From contig NIVC01001592.1 of NCBI GenBank assembly GCA_002269645.1, forward strand, positions 124,001 through 188,000: DNA of 64,000 nt. Reading direction: 5' to 3'. The notes below the pieces were generated by a model. That model saw only the letters and a program-made list of their open reading frames with translations, made no database searches and was not told the origin of the DNA. Numbering within the stretch: the first letter of the stretch is position 1; each line of letters begins with the position of its first letter. Made by a program: the position numbers and the translations under genes. The stretch is from Macrostomum lignano. Its lineage: Eukaryota. Shown piece by piece: positions 11,130 through 23,500 of the stretch.

Positions 11130-14100
11130 TTAATACACTGGGCCAATCTGCAGCTGCGCATCTGCAGCAGCCGTCTTTGGGGCGACGGCCACCTGCCGCA
11201 GCTGCTGTTTGCGGTCCGCATCGTTTGGCTCCATCGCACCAACGGAGGCTGACTGCCTCCTAGCCAGCACCGCCTTGCAGCAGTACACAGCGAACTCGAG
11301 CATCTCCATCAGGCCGACTACGGTGAAGCCGCTCCACAGCGCCAGGGAGCCGCCGATGGAGCTGGCCAGGTTGAAGGCGTCACTAAGCGAAGACTCGCGA
11401 AGCAGCTCAACTGATCGGGTGGGCAGGGAGACCTCGAATGCCACCAGGGAGTGGCGCAGGTCCTCGCACTCTAGGCGGAACTGCAGATACTCGAGGCTGG
11501 CCGGGTCAGGCAGCATGTCCAACCGGCTGCTGTTGCTGGCTGTGAGGTTCAGCAGGCTGTGCAGCTCGCTCAGCCTGGGGAACCGGCTGTGCAGCAGTGA
11601 CTGATCGATGCCGGGCGAGCGGAGCAGGAGGCCGAACAGGTCGAACAGGGAACCGGTTGGGAAGGCTCTGCAGGGTGATCCGTGTGCGGCAGCTAACTTA
11701 CTGTATGTACGTAGGCTGTATAACTACTTATAGTAGCTTTGAATCTATAGAGTATATGCACAGTGCATGCCGTAATGCCGTACATGTAGCGATAAAAGTG
11801 AAGAGACTATCTTATCCATCACAATACATGTACTTTTTCATGGTTTCGCGGCTCTATGCACGGGGAAAAAACCCCTATAAGCCTTAAGGCACAGAGGTGT
11901 AGCATTGTCCAATTGTTGGTGGGACAAATAACGAAGAATGAACTGCATGCAACACTTGGTAGAAGCTATTTAGCAACAGGCGGGCAGTGAAATTGTTAAT
12001 CGGTGAGACAGAAAGGGAAAGTATATAATTACTCGTAAACCGAGGCGAGGCCTCAATTATCGATAGTGAAACTATTATACCGCAGAACTACCGCTCGAAC
12101 CGCTCGAACTACGCACAAGAAGTACAAATTAAAATGGCCCGATTTGGGGCCACCAAGCCACATAGGCCAAGGCCACATAGAGAAATACGAAAAAATGGAA
12201 CATTTTTGTCAATTTAGCCATCTTATATGTAGTGACTGGCTGCTAACTGGCTATTCAGCAGCATTCACTAGCTTTCCCTAAGGGCGCTGTGATCCGCTGC
12301 ACAGTGGCTCAGTCCACCTGATCTAGTGAGAGAGGTACCCTGTGCTGGGCCTAAGTGTTTACTGCCCGATGACTCATCGCCTGAGCAGGCGTGGGCAGCC
12401 ACACTCAATGTCTTCCCACTCGCGCTGAGAGGCGTAGCCGGATGACTCATCACCTGCGCGAAGTGTAATGGCTGCCTAGAGGGAGTAAACAGGATGAATC
12501 ATCCGCCCAAGTTCTATTTTTAGCACAGAAAAGCACGTGACTGTGCACGCATGCTGTGCGTGGCCTTTGACCTTGAGTCACGCCACTGCTGCGTGACAAG
12601 GTTGCCTTATTTGGAAGTTGGCCTCGAATCACGCGTCGTTCGCATGATTTCAATGCCCAAATAAGGAAGTTTCACGCGCTCACCGCATGAAACTCACGTG
12701 ACTTTTGGGGGTCCGCTCGGCTATAAATACGGAGCATCTGCGAGCCATTTTTCTCCAGACTGCGACGTCTCGTGGAGCAACACGGAGTCAAACTGCGTAG
12801 CATCGTGGCTGACTCATGAAGCCTCCTCTGAGCTTTCCTCTCTCATTTCAGGTTTGCAGGTTTTCAGGTTCGAGCAGCATTCTACTAAGACAATCAACTG
12901 TTGAGACATTTTCAGATTTGCCTTTGCTCCGAGCGACTTTGTTATTTTTCTTTCAGGTGACGGATAGACAACTCTGCCGACGCGTCGAGTCCGCACACCA
13001 AGGTGGCAGCAACCCTACCAAGTCACGGCTAACGTTTTAGGTTCATTTTCAGGCAAATCGATAGGTAGTACAACGGTGCTATCTAGCTTCTTCAGGAGCA
13101 GCGGGTTCTAATTCTAGGAACATCTTCAAGAACCCGAGAAGGAGTAGTACTTCATATACTTCTTCACCTTTTTGAGCGGCTATCTAAGACTAGCGAACAC
13201 TATATAGACAGAGTTGCACGCTGAGAAATCAGCGTGAATGATAGCAGAATAGCAGAATGAAACCTTCATTACCTGGCCGCAAGCAGCTGCACCTCCGGCT
13301 GCGGGAACTCGCACGGCTTCGAACCGCAGCTGCTTGAAGCCGCGCCCTCCAGCTGGCGGTCCATGCAGGTCAGCAGGCTGTGGTTTGGCGCCAGCAGCCC
13401 TGCCAGCCACTGCCAGTTGCCCAGACTCTCGCAGTAGGGCAGGTGACTGTGCTCAGCCAGCTGCTGGTGCTGACTGCTCTGGCAGCTGCAGTGCTGGGCG
13501 AGGCTCTCCTGCAGTCTGAAGCTGTGGCAGGCGTCCGGGTCACGCCGGAACGGCGTCGAGGAGGACTCGCCGACCCGAAGGTTGACGAACTCCGGGTAGT
13601 TCGGGTCGCACTGACCGAATGGCGGCTGCAGCAGCTGGATGTTCCTGTGCCTGCGGTGTGATCATTCTGTGTGGTCATTCTTGTGTGGTCATTCTGTGTG
13701 ACCATTCTTGTTGTGTGATCATTCTGTGTGATAATTCTTGTGTGGTCATTCTGTGTGATCATTCTGTGTGATCATTCTGTGTGACCATTCTTGTGTGATT
13801 ATTCTGTGTGATCATTCTGTGTGATCATTCTGTGTGATCATTCTGTGTGATCATTCTTGTGTGGTCATTCTGTGTGATCATTCTGTGTGATCATTCTGTG
13901 TGATCATTCTGTGTGATCATTCTGTGTGATCATTCTTGTGTGGTCATTCTGTGTGACCATTCTTGTTGTGTGATCATTCTGTGTGATCATTCTTGTGTGG
14001 TCATTCTGTGTGACCATTCTTGTTGTGTGATCATTCTGTGTGATCATTCTTGTGTGGTCATTCTGTGTGACCATTCTTGTTGTGTGATCATTCTGTGTGA

Positions 14101-17100
14101 TCATTCTTGTGTGGTCATTCTGTGTGACCATTCTTGTTGTGTGATCATTCTGTGTGATCATTCTGTGTGATCATTCTGTGTGATCATTCTTGTGTGATCA
14201 TTCTGTGTGATCATTCTGTGTGATCATTCTTGTGTGATCATTCTCTGTGATCATTCTGTGTGATCATTCTTGTGTGATCATTCTCTGTGATCATTCTGTG
14301 TGATCATTCTCTCTGTGATCATTTTGTGTGATTATTCTTGTGTGACCATTCTTGTGTGACCATTCTTGCGTGATCATTCTCTGTGATCATTCTGTGTGAT
14401 ACTCGTAATTCTTGTGTGATTATTCTTGTGTGACCATTCTTGTGTGACCATTCTTGCGTGATCATTCTCTGTGATCATTCTGTGTGATACTCGTAATTCT
14501 TGTGTGATCATTCTGTGTGTGTGATCATTATTGTGTGATCATTCTGTGTGATTATTCTTGTGTGATCATTCTGTGTGACCATTCTTGTGTGATCATTCTG
14601 TGTGACCATTCTTGTGTGATCATTCTGTGTGACCATTCTTGTGTGATCATTCTGTGTGACATTCTTGTGTGATCATTCTGTGTGATCATTCTGTGTGACC
14701 ATTCTTGTGTGATCATTCTGTGTGACATTCTTGTGTGATCATTCTGTATGATCATTCTTGTGGGATCAATATATTGTAAGCAGTGTGACCAATATAGTGT
14801 CAGCAGTGTGACCAATATAGTGTCAGCAGTGTGACTAATATAGTGTCAGCAGTGTGACCAATATAGTGTCAGCAGTGTGACCAATATAGTGTCAGCAGTG
14901 TGACCAATATAGTGTCAGCAGTGTGACCAATATAGTGTCAGCAGTGTGACTAATATAGTGTCAGCAGTGTGACCAATATAGTGTCAGTCAGCAGATAACC
15001 GGATCCAGCTCACCTGTAGACCAGGTGGTTGATGGTGCCCGGCTGCAGCTTGTTCACCCGGCAGTCCTGCAGCATAGGCTGGTAGCCCTGCACCTGCACG
15101 TCCACCGCCAGCCCCTGCTCGGTGGTCTGCAGGCTCTCCAGCATGCAGTTCTCGCAGCGCCCGGCCTCCCGATAGTCCAAGAAGGCCAACACGTGCAGGC
15201 TCTGCACCTCGGCAGCCAGAGCGCCGTGGAAGGTGATCCTGTAGCACTTGAAGTAGCGGCTGTCCCGCACGGTGGACACCTGAGCCTCCGAGCAGCTGAA
15301 TATCCGGCCCTTGGTGTTGCGGAAGTGGCAGAGCTCCTTCACCAGCAGCTGCCCGCTGTCGAAGCCCAGGTAGTTGCTGAGATTCGCTGGCAGGTTGGCG
15401 AAGTAGCCCGGCATCGAGGCCACGTGACTGCTGAGCTGGTCGGTGAGGTTGAACTGCTGGTGCCGGCTGTCCAGCAGCTGCGACCAGGCGTGCGGCGACA
15501 GGCGGAAGTGCGCGTGCAGCTGGCCGAGCTCGAGCTGGCGCAGCTGCCTCAGCGGGATCGGCTGCAGATTGCACAGGGTCACGTCCGGGAAGGCCAGGCC
15601 GGGGGCGGTCTGAATGGCCAAAGACGGAGGGTTCGAGTTCGGGCCCCTCTCAGTAAGCGCCTCCGTAAGCGCCTCCGTAAGCGCCATCTTTCCTAGTAAG
15701 CGCCCTCTCCCAGGAGCGCCCTCCCAGTAAGCGTGCGCCTCTCTTAGTAAGCGCCTCTCTCGGTGAGCGCCCTTTTTCAGTAAGCGCCGCTTTCAGTAAG
15801 CGCACCTCTCAGTAAGCGCCTCTCTTAGTAAGCGTCGCTCTCAGTAAGCGCCCCTTTCAATAAGCGCACCCCTCAGTAAGCGCACCTCTCAGTAAGCGCA
15901 CCTCTCAGTAAGCGCACCTCTCAGTAAGCGCACCTCTCAGTAAGCGCACCTCTCAGTAAGCGCACCTCTCAGTAAGCGCACCTCTCAGTAAGCGCACCTC
16001 TCAGTAAGCGCACCTCTCAGTAAGCGCACCTCTCAGTAAGCGCACCTCTCAGTGAGCTCCGCCATTTGCCATTGTTTTTACTTCACAGAGTCGCACTACA
16101 AGTATCCTTCATCTGCTACCCGAAGTCGGCAGCCAGCAGAAGTGAATGTTCCTCACCAGGCTGATGGTCTGCATGAAGCTCTCGTACATGAGGTACCGCT
16201 GCATCAGCACAGTGAAGAAGGCGGCCGACACCAGCAGCATGAGGGTGAAGGTGACAATCCAGACCCTGCGCCAGACGTTGTCCCGCGCCCTCGGGATCCG
16301 CGCCAGGCCGCGCAGAGATGAAGTGAGCATGAATCGCAGAGCCTCGTCCCGCAGAGTCTCGTTCAGAGACAGCGGCGGTTGCACGTCTTCGGAGTTCCGC
16401 CGCTGCTCCTGCCGAGACGCCTCCTGCTCCAGTTGCTGCTCTTGTTGCTTCTTTTGGTGCTGCTGCTGCACACTGTGACTCAACGTCTGAATGATGGAGA
16501 TGTCCTTCACCTGTTCCGTAATCGTGCTAACAATTCGCGTCACCTGTTGCTGCTTTTGCTGTTGTTGCTGTTGCGGATTGCAGCCTGTATTTTGCGGGTA
16601 CCTGAGCAAGAGATGTGTAATAGAACGGTGACGGTAGTATTGGTTGAGTTCGCAGCATGTCGATGTGTAGCTAAGGAGGGCTGTCGTAGCCCAGACTCGA
16701 TTCCCAGTGCAGTCGCATTGATTTGGGGCTAAATTGGCTGCTCGGCTTGGCTCTGCTCGTGCAATTAACACCTTTGAGAGCCAACCCCCCAAGGCGCAGT
16801 GAAGTGTACATGCCTAACGATAAATAAAGTTAGGGCCGCTGTACACTCCTGTGTGAGTGTGTGCCTGCGCGTATGACTGCGTACGTATCCGCGCGCTTGT
16901 GTGCCTGCTCAGGGGAGTCGGCGGAATGGGCAGCAATACCTCTCGCCGGTTGTGTGACAATGTCGCTTAAAGTGCGCCAGGGTGCACACAGCCCATTGCC
17001 TCTAATAAGAAAAAATAGACAGGCAGCGATGAGGCAGGCAAGCAGTCGTGCTCAATAAAGCTGAACCCTGAGCACGAACACTCTCACGGATGCTTTGCAT

Positions 17101-17458
17101 AAACACGGACATTGATTTGTCAAGGCTGAGTTACATTGTTACTGTAAGTAGGTCACTAGTAAATACCGCACCATTGCTGCTGCTGCTGCTGCTGCTGCTG
17201 TTTTCTCCGACCTGCCGACTGCGGCAGCGTCGGTGTCGCAAGCCCGGCAGCCGACGGCCTCGAGTGTCGCTGGTGCTGTTCGACTCGCAACTGCTGCAGG
17301 ACGTCCTCCAAGTCCAGGTCTTCGTCTACGTAGACGGTGCTGAACTCGAAGTCGGCGTGTCGGGCACGACTTGGCCGTGGCTTCGAGCGCTGCCAAGTTG
17401 TCGGCGGCTGCGGCGAGGGCGAGGGCGACGGTGTCGGCATTGCGGTTTGGAGATCCAA
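11130..17458 (-). CDS. DEG/ENaC/ASIC-family channel subunit; exons 17172-17458 (tentative), 16157-16601, 15014-15609, 13273-13650, 11130-11667
   Basis: TM1 after SSLRGLARI, post-TM1 FPDVTLCNLQP, Cys-rich thumb (QPPFGQC...HCSC...LPYC), TM2 LASSIGGSLALWSGFTVVGLME. All junctions are GT-AG and phase-compatible. Confidence 0.88.
13655..14990. repeat. Two abutting intronic minisatellites: ~13-bp TGTGTGATCATTC (13655-14760) and 23-bp CAGTGTGACCAATATAGTGTCAG (14780-14990)
   Basis: Fill ENaC intron 3. Confidence 0.95.
15650..16032. repeat. 16-bp minisatellite CCTCTCAGTAAGCGCA
   Basis: Fills ENaC intron 2. Confidence 0.93.
16640..17000 (+). mobile_element. tRNA-derived SINE-like repeat in ENaC intron 1
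   Basis: B-box-like ACTCGATTCCC near 16697, then CAACCCCC..AAGG..AGTGTACA..AGGGCC..GTGAGTGTGTGCCTG..CTCAGG..GAATGGGCAG, shared with 47135-47270 and (rc) 54970-55240. Confidence 0.6.
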
Positions 17459-17854
17459 TTCGATTCGGAGGGAAATGAACTATTTTCTCGAGCTGGATTC
17501 GCATCTGCATTGGGTGGCCTTTTTAGGATTGGATGTTATCAGCGATTGCGAAGCGCAAACAGACAGGCAGGCAGGCAGGTACAGGTGAGCTGAGTATCAG
17601 TTGGGATTTGGGATCTTTGCTATCTGCAGCGCTCTGAGAGATGAGCGTGACTTTTTGTTTGAATCTGCATGTGCGAGTGTGTTGACCGCGGGCTGCTGCA
17701 AGTGGAGTGCAGCTGATTGACTCATGCATGGTGCATGCGCGCGGCAGCTGCCCGATCGTGCGACAGAGTTTGCAGTCTCTTGGAGCTCGCTTGGGCAACC
17801 ACGGATGAAGTTGTAGAGAATTGGCACTGCATGGGTTCTGCTTTCTTCTAGGGC

Positions 17855-18770
17855 TTGTTCTATAGACTCCTTGCCTAGCTGTTCTATAGACTCCTTGCCT
17901 AGCTGTTCTATAGACTCCTTGCCTAGCTGTTCTTTAGACTACTTGCCTAGCTGTTCTATAGACTTCTTGCCCAGCTGTTCTATAGACTCCTTGCCTAGCT
18001 GTTCTATAGACTCCTTGCCTAGCTGTTCTATAGACTTCTTGCCCAGCTGTTCTATAGACTCCTTGCCTAGCTGTTCTATAGACTTCTTGCCCAGCTGTTC
18101 TTTAGACTTCTTGCCTAGCTGTTCTATAGACTTCTTGCCCAGCTGCTCATAGACTTCTTGCCTGGCTGTTCTATAGACTCCTTGCCTAGCTGTTCTATAG
18201 ACTCCTTGCCTAGCTGTTCTATAGACACCTTGCATAGCTGTTCTATAATATAGACTTCTTGCCCAGCTGTTCTATAGACTCCTTGCCTAGCTGTTCTATA
18301 GACTTCTTGCCTAGCTTTTCTATAGACTCCTTGCCTAGCTGTTCTATAGACTCCTTGCCCAGCTGTTCTATAGACTCCTTGCCTAGCTGTTCTATAGACA
18401 CCTTGCATAGCTGTTCTATAATATAGACTTCTTGCCCAGCTGTTCTATAGACTCCTTGCCTAGCTGTTCTATAGACTTCTTGCCTAGCTGTTCTATAGAC
18501 TCCTTGCCTAGCTGTTCTTTAGACTACTTGCCTAGCTTTTCTATAGACTCCTTGCCTAGCTGTTCTATAGACTTCTTGCCTAGCTGTTCTATAGACTTCT
18601 TGCCTAGCTGTTCTATAGACTCCTTGCCTAGCTGTTCTTTAGACTACTTGCCTAGCTTTTCTATAGACTCCTTGCCTAGCTGTTCTATAGACTTCTTGCC
18701 TAGCTGTTCTATAGACTCTTTGCCTAGCTTTTCTATAGACTACTTTCCTGCCTAGCTGTTCTATAGACTC
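17855..18770. repeat. 24-bp minisatellite TGCCTAGCTGTTCTATAGACTCCT
   Basis: Intergenic tandem array. Confidence 0.95.
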
Positions 18771-19590
18771 GATCGATCCTTGCCTAATTATTTTGTATTA
18801 TTTTCCATTCAAGCATGCAAAGTCTAAACGTCTTATGCTTTGAACTGACAGGCTAATATTCGAGAAAGTATCAAAGACATTTTATAACTTTGGAAAAACA
18901 TCGACTTTCTTTCCGAATAATTTTTATTAAAGTTTGATAACAGTAGTAGCAGCTTCGTCAGAAGTTTTCAATATTCATATATACAACAATGTTGGGTGCA
19001 AACAATCGCGGACCGGCTGGGCCGCCACGGTATCTGCAAATTAAGGTCAAAGTTTTTTGTGTTTACGAGCGTACGAGGGGTGTTGCAAGTTTAGGACTGT
19101 GTTTACTGCGGACGACGGGATTGTTTAAATAAGTGAAAAATTCAACTCATAAAGTGGAGCCCGAGTAACCTATGTGCACAAATGATACATCATTCTGCCT
19201 TTTACCAACATTCTCTTTCACGTCCACGTTTGTTTAATCGAAGCATAAAATTTCACAGAAATACCATTTGTTCACGGTTCGGTGTTTGAAAAAATATTCG
19301 GGTGTTCTATATGTTCTATGTTCTATTCGGCCCGTCCCGCACACCCCTACCTATTCTTTGCCTGCTATTAACGGTTGTTGCCTTTGGCTGTAAGTTCATA
19401 AAATGGAAAATTCTTGCATTGAACCATAGACAAAAAGGAAAACACCCATGTTTGCATTCCATGTGTGAAGTTTTACGAGCTATGCTTCAATAAAACAAAA
19501 CGTGAAATGTGGGTAAACTTTTAACTTATTTACACAATCCTGCTGTCCGCAGTGAATACAGTCCGGAAACTTTTGCAAGACAACTCGACT

Positions 19591-21710
19591 TTAAGTAGGC
19601 AGGTCGCTCTTGTCCACGATGAACTTGATGAACATGGCGTCGTCCTTGACGTAGCCGCGACTGCCGTTCTCGAAGTCGGCCAGCGGCATGAACAGCGGGC
19701 AGCCCGAGGCGATGTTCATGTCCGTGCTGGGCCGCTTGAACGAAGACGACGAAGTGTCCGGCTTGAAGGCGTCGATCACGTGCTCGTCGAAGTTCTGGTC
19801 CAGCAGCATCATGGAGACCTTCTTGGCGAAGGGCCACGGCAGCAGGGCGTCGAAGGCACCGCGCATGATCACGAAGAAGAGGCTGATGTGCGTGTTCTTG
19901 CCGGCGCCGTCACCGTTCAGGTAGAGTCGTCCGCACATCTTGTAGCTGGGGCGGATGGGGTAGATTGACGGCGGATTGAGGAGCGGATTGGCGGATTGAG
20001 GGGCGGATTGGCGGATTGAGGGGCGGATTGGCGGATTGAGGGGCGGATTGGCGGATTGAGGGGCGGATTGGCGGATTGAGGAGCGGATTGGCGGATTGAG
20101 GGGCGGATTGGCGGATTGAGGGGCGGATTGGTGGATTGAGGGGCGGATTGGCGGATTGAGGGGTGGATTGGCGGATTGAGGGGCGGATTGGCGGATTGAG
20201 GGGCGGATTGGCGGATTGAAGGGCGGATTGAGGGCGAATTGGCGGATTGAGGAGTGGATTGGCGGATTGAGGGGCGAATTGGCGGATTGAGGAGTGGATT
20301 GGCGGATTGAGGAGTGGATTGGCGGATTGAGGAATGGATTGGCTGATTGAGAAGTGGATTGGCGGATTGAGGGGCGGATTGGCGAAAACTCGAACCCGTG
20401 GAAGCGTCAGTCAAAACTCACCCAGCCTTGCCCGTGTAGAACGGAGGCGAGTAGATCGAGCACACCTTGCCCTCCCGCGCTTCCTCCTTGCGTCGCCGCA
20501 CATCCGTGATCTTCCACACAAGAACCCCGTCGTAGCCAGCGTGCTCAAGAACCTCAACGCGCCGCTCAAGGTCGAGAATCTTCATCTCTTTGTAGGCCAG
20601 CAGCTTCACCAGCTCCTGGTGCTTCCGCTCGATGTCCAGCTTCTTCTCCAAGTCCTTCTGCATCCGCAGCTCGTACTGCCTGATCTTGTCGTAGCAGTTG
20701 TCAAACTGCTCCTTGATCACCTGAAGCAGCTCCTTCACCTTGTCGCCCTGCACGATGCTGCCTTGGAGGTCCTTCAGAATCTTCGCCAAGTCTGTGGGCA
20801 GCGCCATGGACTTCATCCTGGATTCCAAGGCAGCCGCCTTCTCCTTCAGCCGGCTCAGCTCTTCAAAGTCGGACCCAGTCAGCTCGGAGGCCGGCACTGA
20901 AGTTCCCGCCGCTGCACCCCTGGAGACGGGCACGAGGCTCTGCTCTGGTGGATCAGCCTGCTGCTGCTGCTGCCGCTTTGACAAGGCCAACAGCCTGTCA
21001 ATGTGGGTGGCTTGGTGCTGTATCCGGTGCTTCTCCCAGCCCTCGGACATGTCCGAACACCCGAAAGGACACTGTTCGGTGTGCCACCCGACCGGACATT
21101 CATTTAACCAGTGGGAGCTCTTGGCCTCTTCGTTGTCCTTGACGCGAGCCAAGCAGAACTCGCACTCCACTGTACTGCCAATGCAAGTTGAGCTCTTGTG
21201 CTCATCCAATGACTCAAAGGCTACTCGCTCCTTGCACACTTCGCAGGGCACAAGTCTTCTGCGGCATTTCTTCTCTTTGTGCTTAGCCAGACGCTGCATA
21301 GCAACCAATTTTCCGCACAGCTCGCAAGGCTCGGGCCTGAACTCGCACTCTTGAAGGTGATCGTCCAGCTCCCTTACCTGCATCACCTTGTCGCAAGGAG
21401 AGTTCGGGCACTGCACCTTCAGCGACTTGTTGATCTCCCTCTTGATGGCCATGTCAGGGTAGGTTCGGTCTGGCGAAATTTCTGCCCTGTCGCTGTCGCT
21501 TGAGTCGCATTCCAGGCAGAGAGACGGCTCGCCCTTCTGCTTGGCCTCGTTGAACTTGAGCTGCACGCAGTTCCTGCAGTAGCGGTGACCGCAGTCTCCT
21601 TGCATCGGCTCTCTCAGCAGCAGGTGACAGTGGGCGCACTTGTATCTGGCTTCCAGCTTGTCTATGCCGCCGATCTTGTAGCCCATCTGCAGCTGACTGC
21701 TTTCGGCCAT
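19591..21710 (-). CDS. TRAF2/3-like adaptor E3 ligase, copy 1; exons 20422-21710 and 19591-19945
   Basis: RING (CAHC...CGHRYCRNC), TRAF zinc fingers (CPNSPC...HLQEC, CELC...HKEKKC), coiled coil, TRAF-C/MATH (YDGVLVWKI, SPPFYTG..GYKMCGRLYLNGDG, WPF, GCPLF). Confidence 0.95.
19965..20385. repeat. 20-bp minisatellite GGCGGATTGAGGGGCGGATT in the TRAF copy 1 intron (shorter array at 32760-32950 in copy 2)
   Basis: Same unit in both paralogous introns (476 vs 251 bp). Confidence 0.94.
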
Positions 21711-22794
21711 TGCTTTCTTTAAAAATCCAGTTTTGAAACGAATATCAGGGGATTTGCTTTGCCCACTAAATTTCTTAGGGGTTATTTTATTTAGAGCCAA
21801 ACCAAGGCAATCCCACGGAAATTCCATTCATACATGGATCTGAACTGTAAAGCAAGTGTACACGATCTATTTTTAGAAATTTTGTAGAGATTTCCCTCCT
21901 AGACGACTTGAGGCAAACTTTATTGTGCAGCGGCCAGGGTGAATCAGCATTGCTGAGAAATTCACCGAGAAAAACAAAACTTCAAAGATTGACGCTAACC
22001 TCGGAATGAAAATTACCGTGAGAATTAGACTTTTGGCATGATACGGGCTCGTACAAAGATTGTTGAAATGGAGAGTTCATGCTGCTTTCTCATTTCGTGA
22101 CGTGAAGGATGAGTTCGCTGTGTGGCGACCCCGGCCGCGTTCGTTGTTTTCGTTTTTAACGTACACTTCAAAGACTTTTGTTTGACCCATGTTTAGAAAC
22201 GAATGCGTATGACAAGACAGACTAACTTTCTGATACTGAAAGTATTCATAATCTTTGAAAAGCCTTCTTACACCGGCTGCCAAGTAAAGCATCAGCAATC
22301 AGCATTTGTTAGAAGAATGACAATATGTCAAAGAGAGACGTTAAGCAGAAAACAAATTCTGTGACAATTCGGCTTTTGTTTTGATGCAACAATTAGTAGA
22401 AACTTGGAGCTTGTGCTTAGTTGCTTTTTGTTTTTTCGTGACCATCACTTCGCCGCCAAAAAATCTCCATGACACGTCCGTCGATCGACCGTTTCTTTCC
22501 TTTTTTAGACTAACATGTGCGAAGTAAAAAAGGACTTTCCACGGAAAATCCACGGTATTGCCGAGTGAACATGGAACCTACCTATAGTTCATTTTAATTT
22601 TGTAGGTTAATAATAAGAAGACGCAAGGAATGAACACGTTATTCGGTGCATAAGATTTCACAATTACAATGTGTAACAACTAGTAATAAATATAAATATA
22701 TTAACAGTATTCAAATAGCTATTCAGAACGGACAAATCCATAAGCAATCAAACAGACAAACTAAACACACGCTTAAAATAGTCACAAAACTAAA

Positions 22795-23103
<309 letters not shown>

Positions 23104-23500
23104 TAGACAATTTGCCAGGAAATTTCACTAATAGTATAGATGATAATGTTGTACACAGCGTGACTGACATCAATCAAAGTCCGTTGCAAAGGCCAGATTT
23201 ACAGTTCCTCAAAGAGCAATGATCGGATACAGTTAGTAAAACATTTGACAAATTACTGAATTAAGTTAAATAACGGGCGAGCGCACGGGGACAGTTGATA
23301 AAAGCGTTGATAAAACAAAGCATGAAGTTAAATAAATATTTGAAAAAGACAACGTTTAAAAACAATCGCAATCAAAAGAGACAGAAACTCCTTTGTTCTA
23401 ATTAAACTTACAACACCTTGTAATAGGGACATAGGGACACCGTGAACAGGTCACAGGCTGCTCAGATCGGGGGAGACACCGTGAACTGGTCACAGGCTGC

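Noticed and set aside
15650-16032. CAGTAAG donor-like motif in each repeat unit
   Set aside because: It lies on the antisense strand of the ENaC intron and there is no evidence of a + strand transcript.
21711-21827. 39-aa N-terminal extension of TRAF copy 1
   Set aside because: Not shared with copy 2, AT-rich, and contains an acceptor just before the shared ATG.
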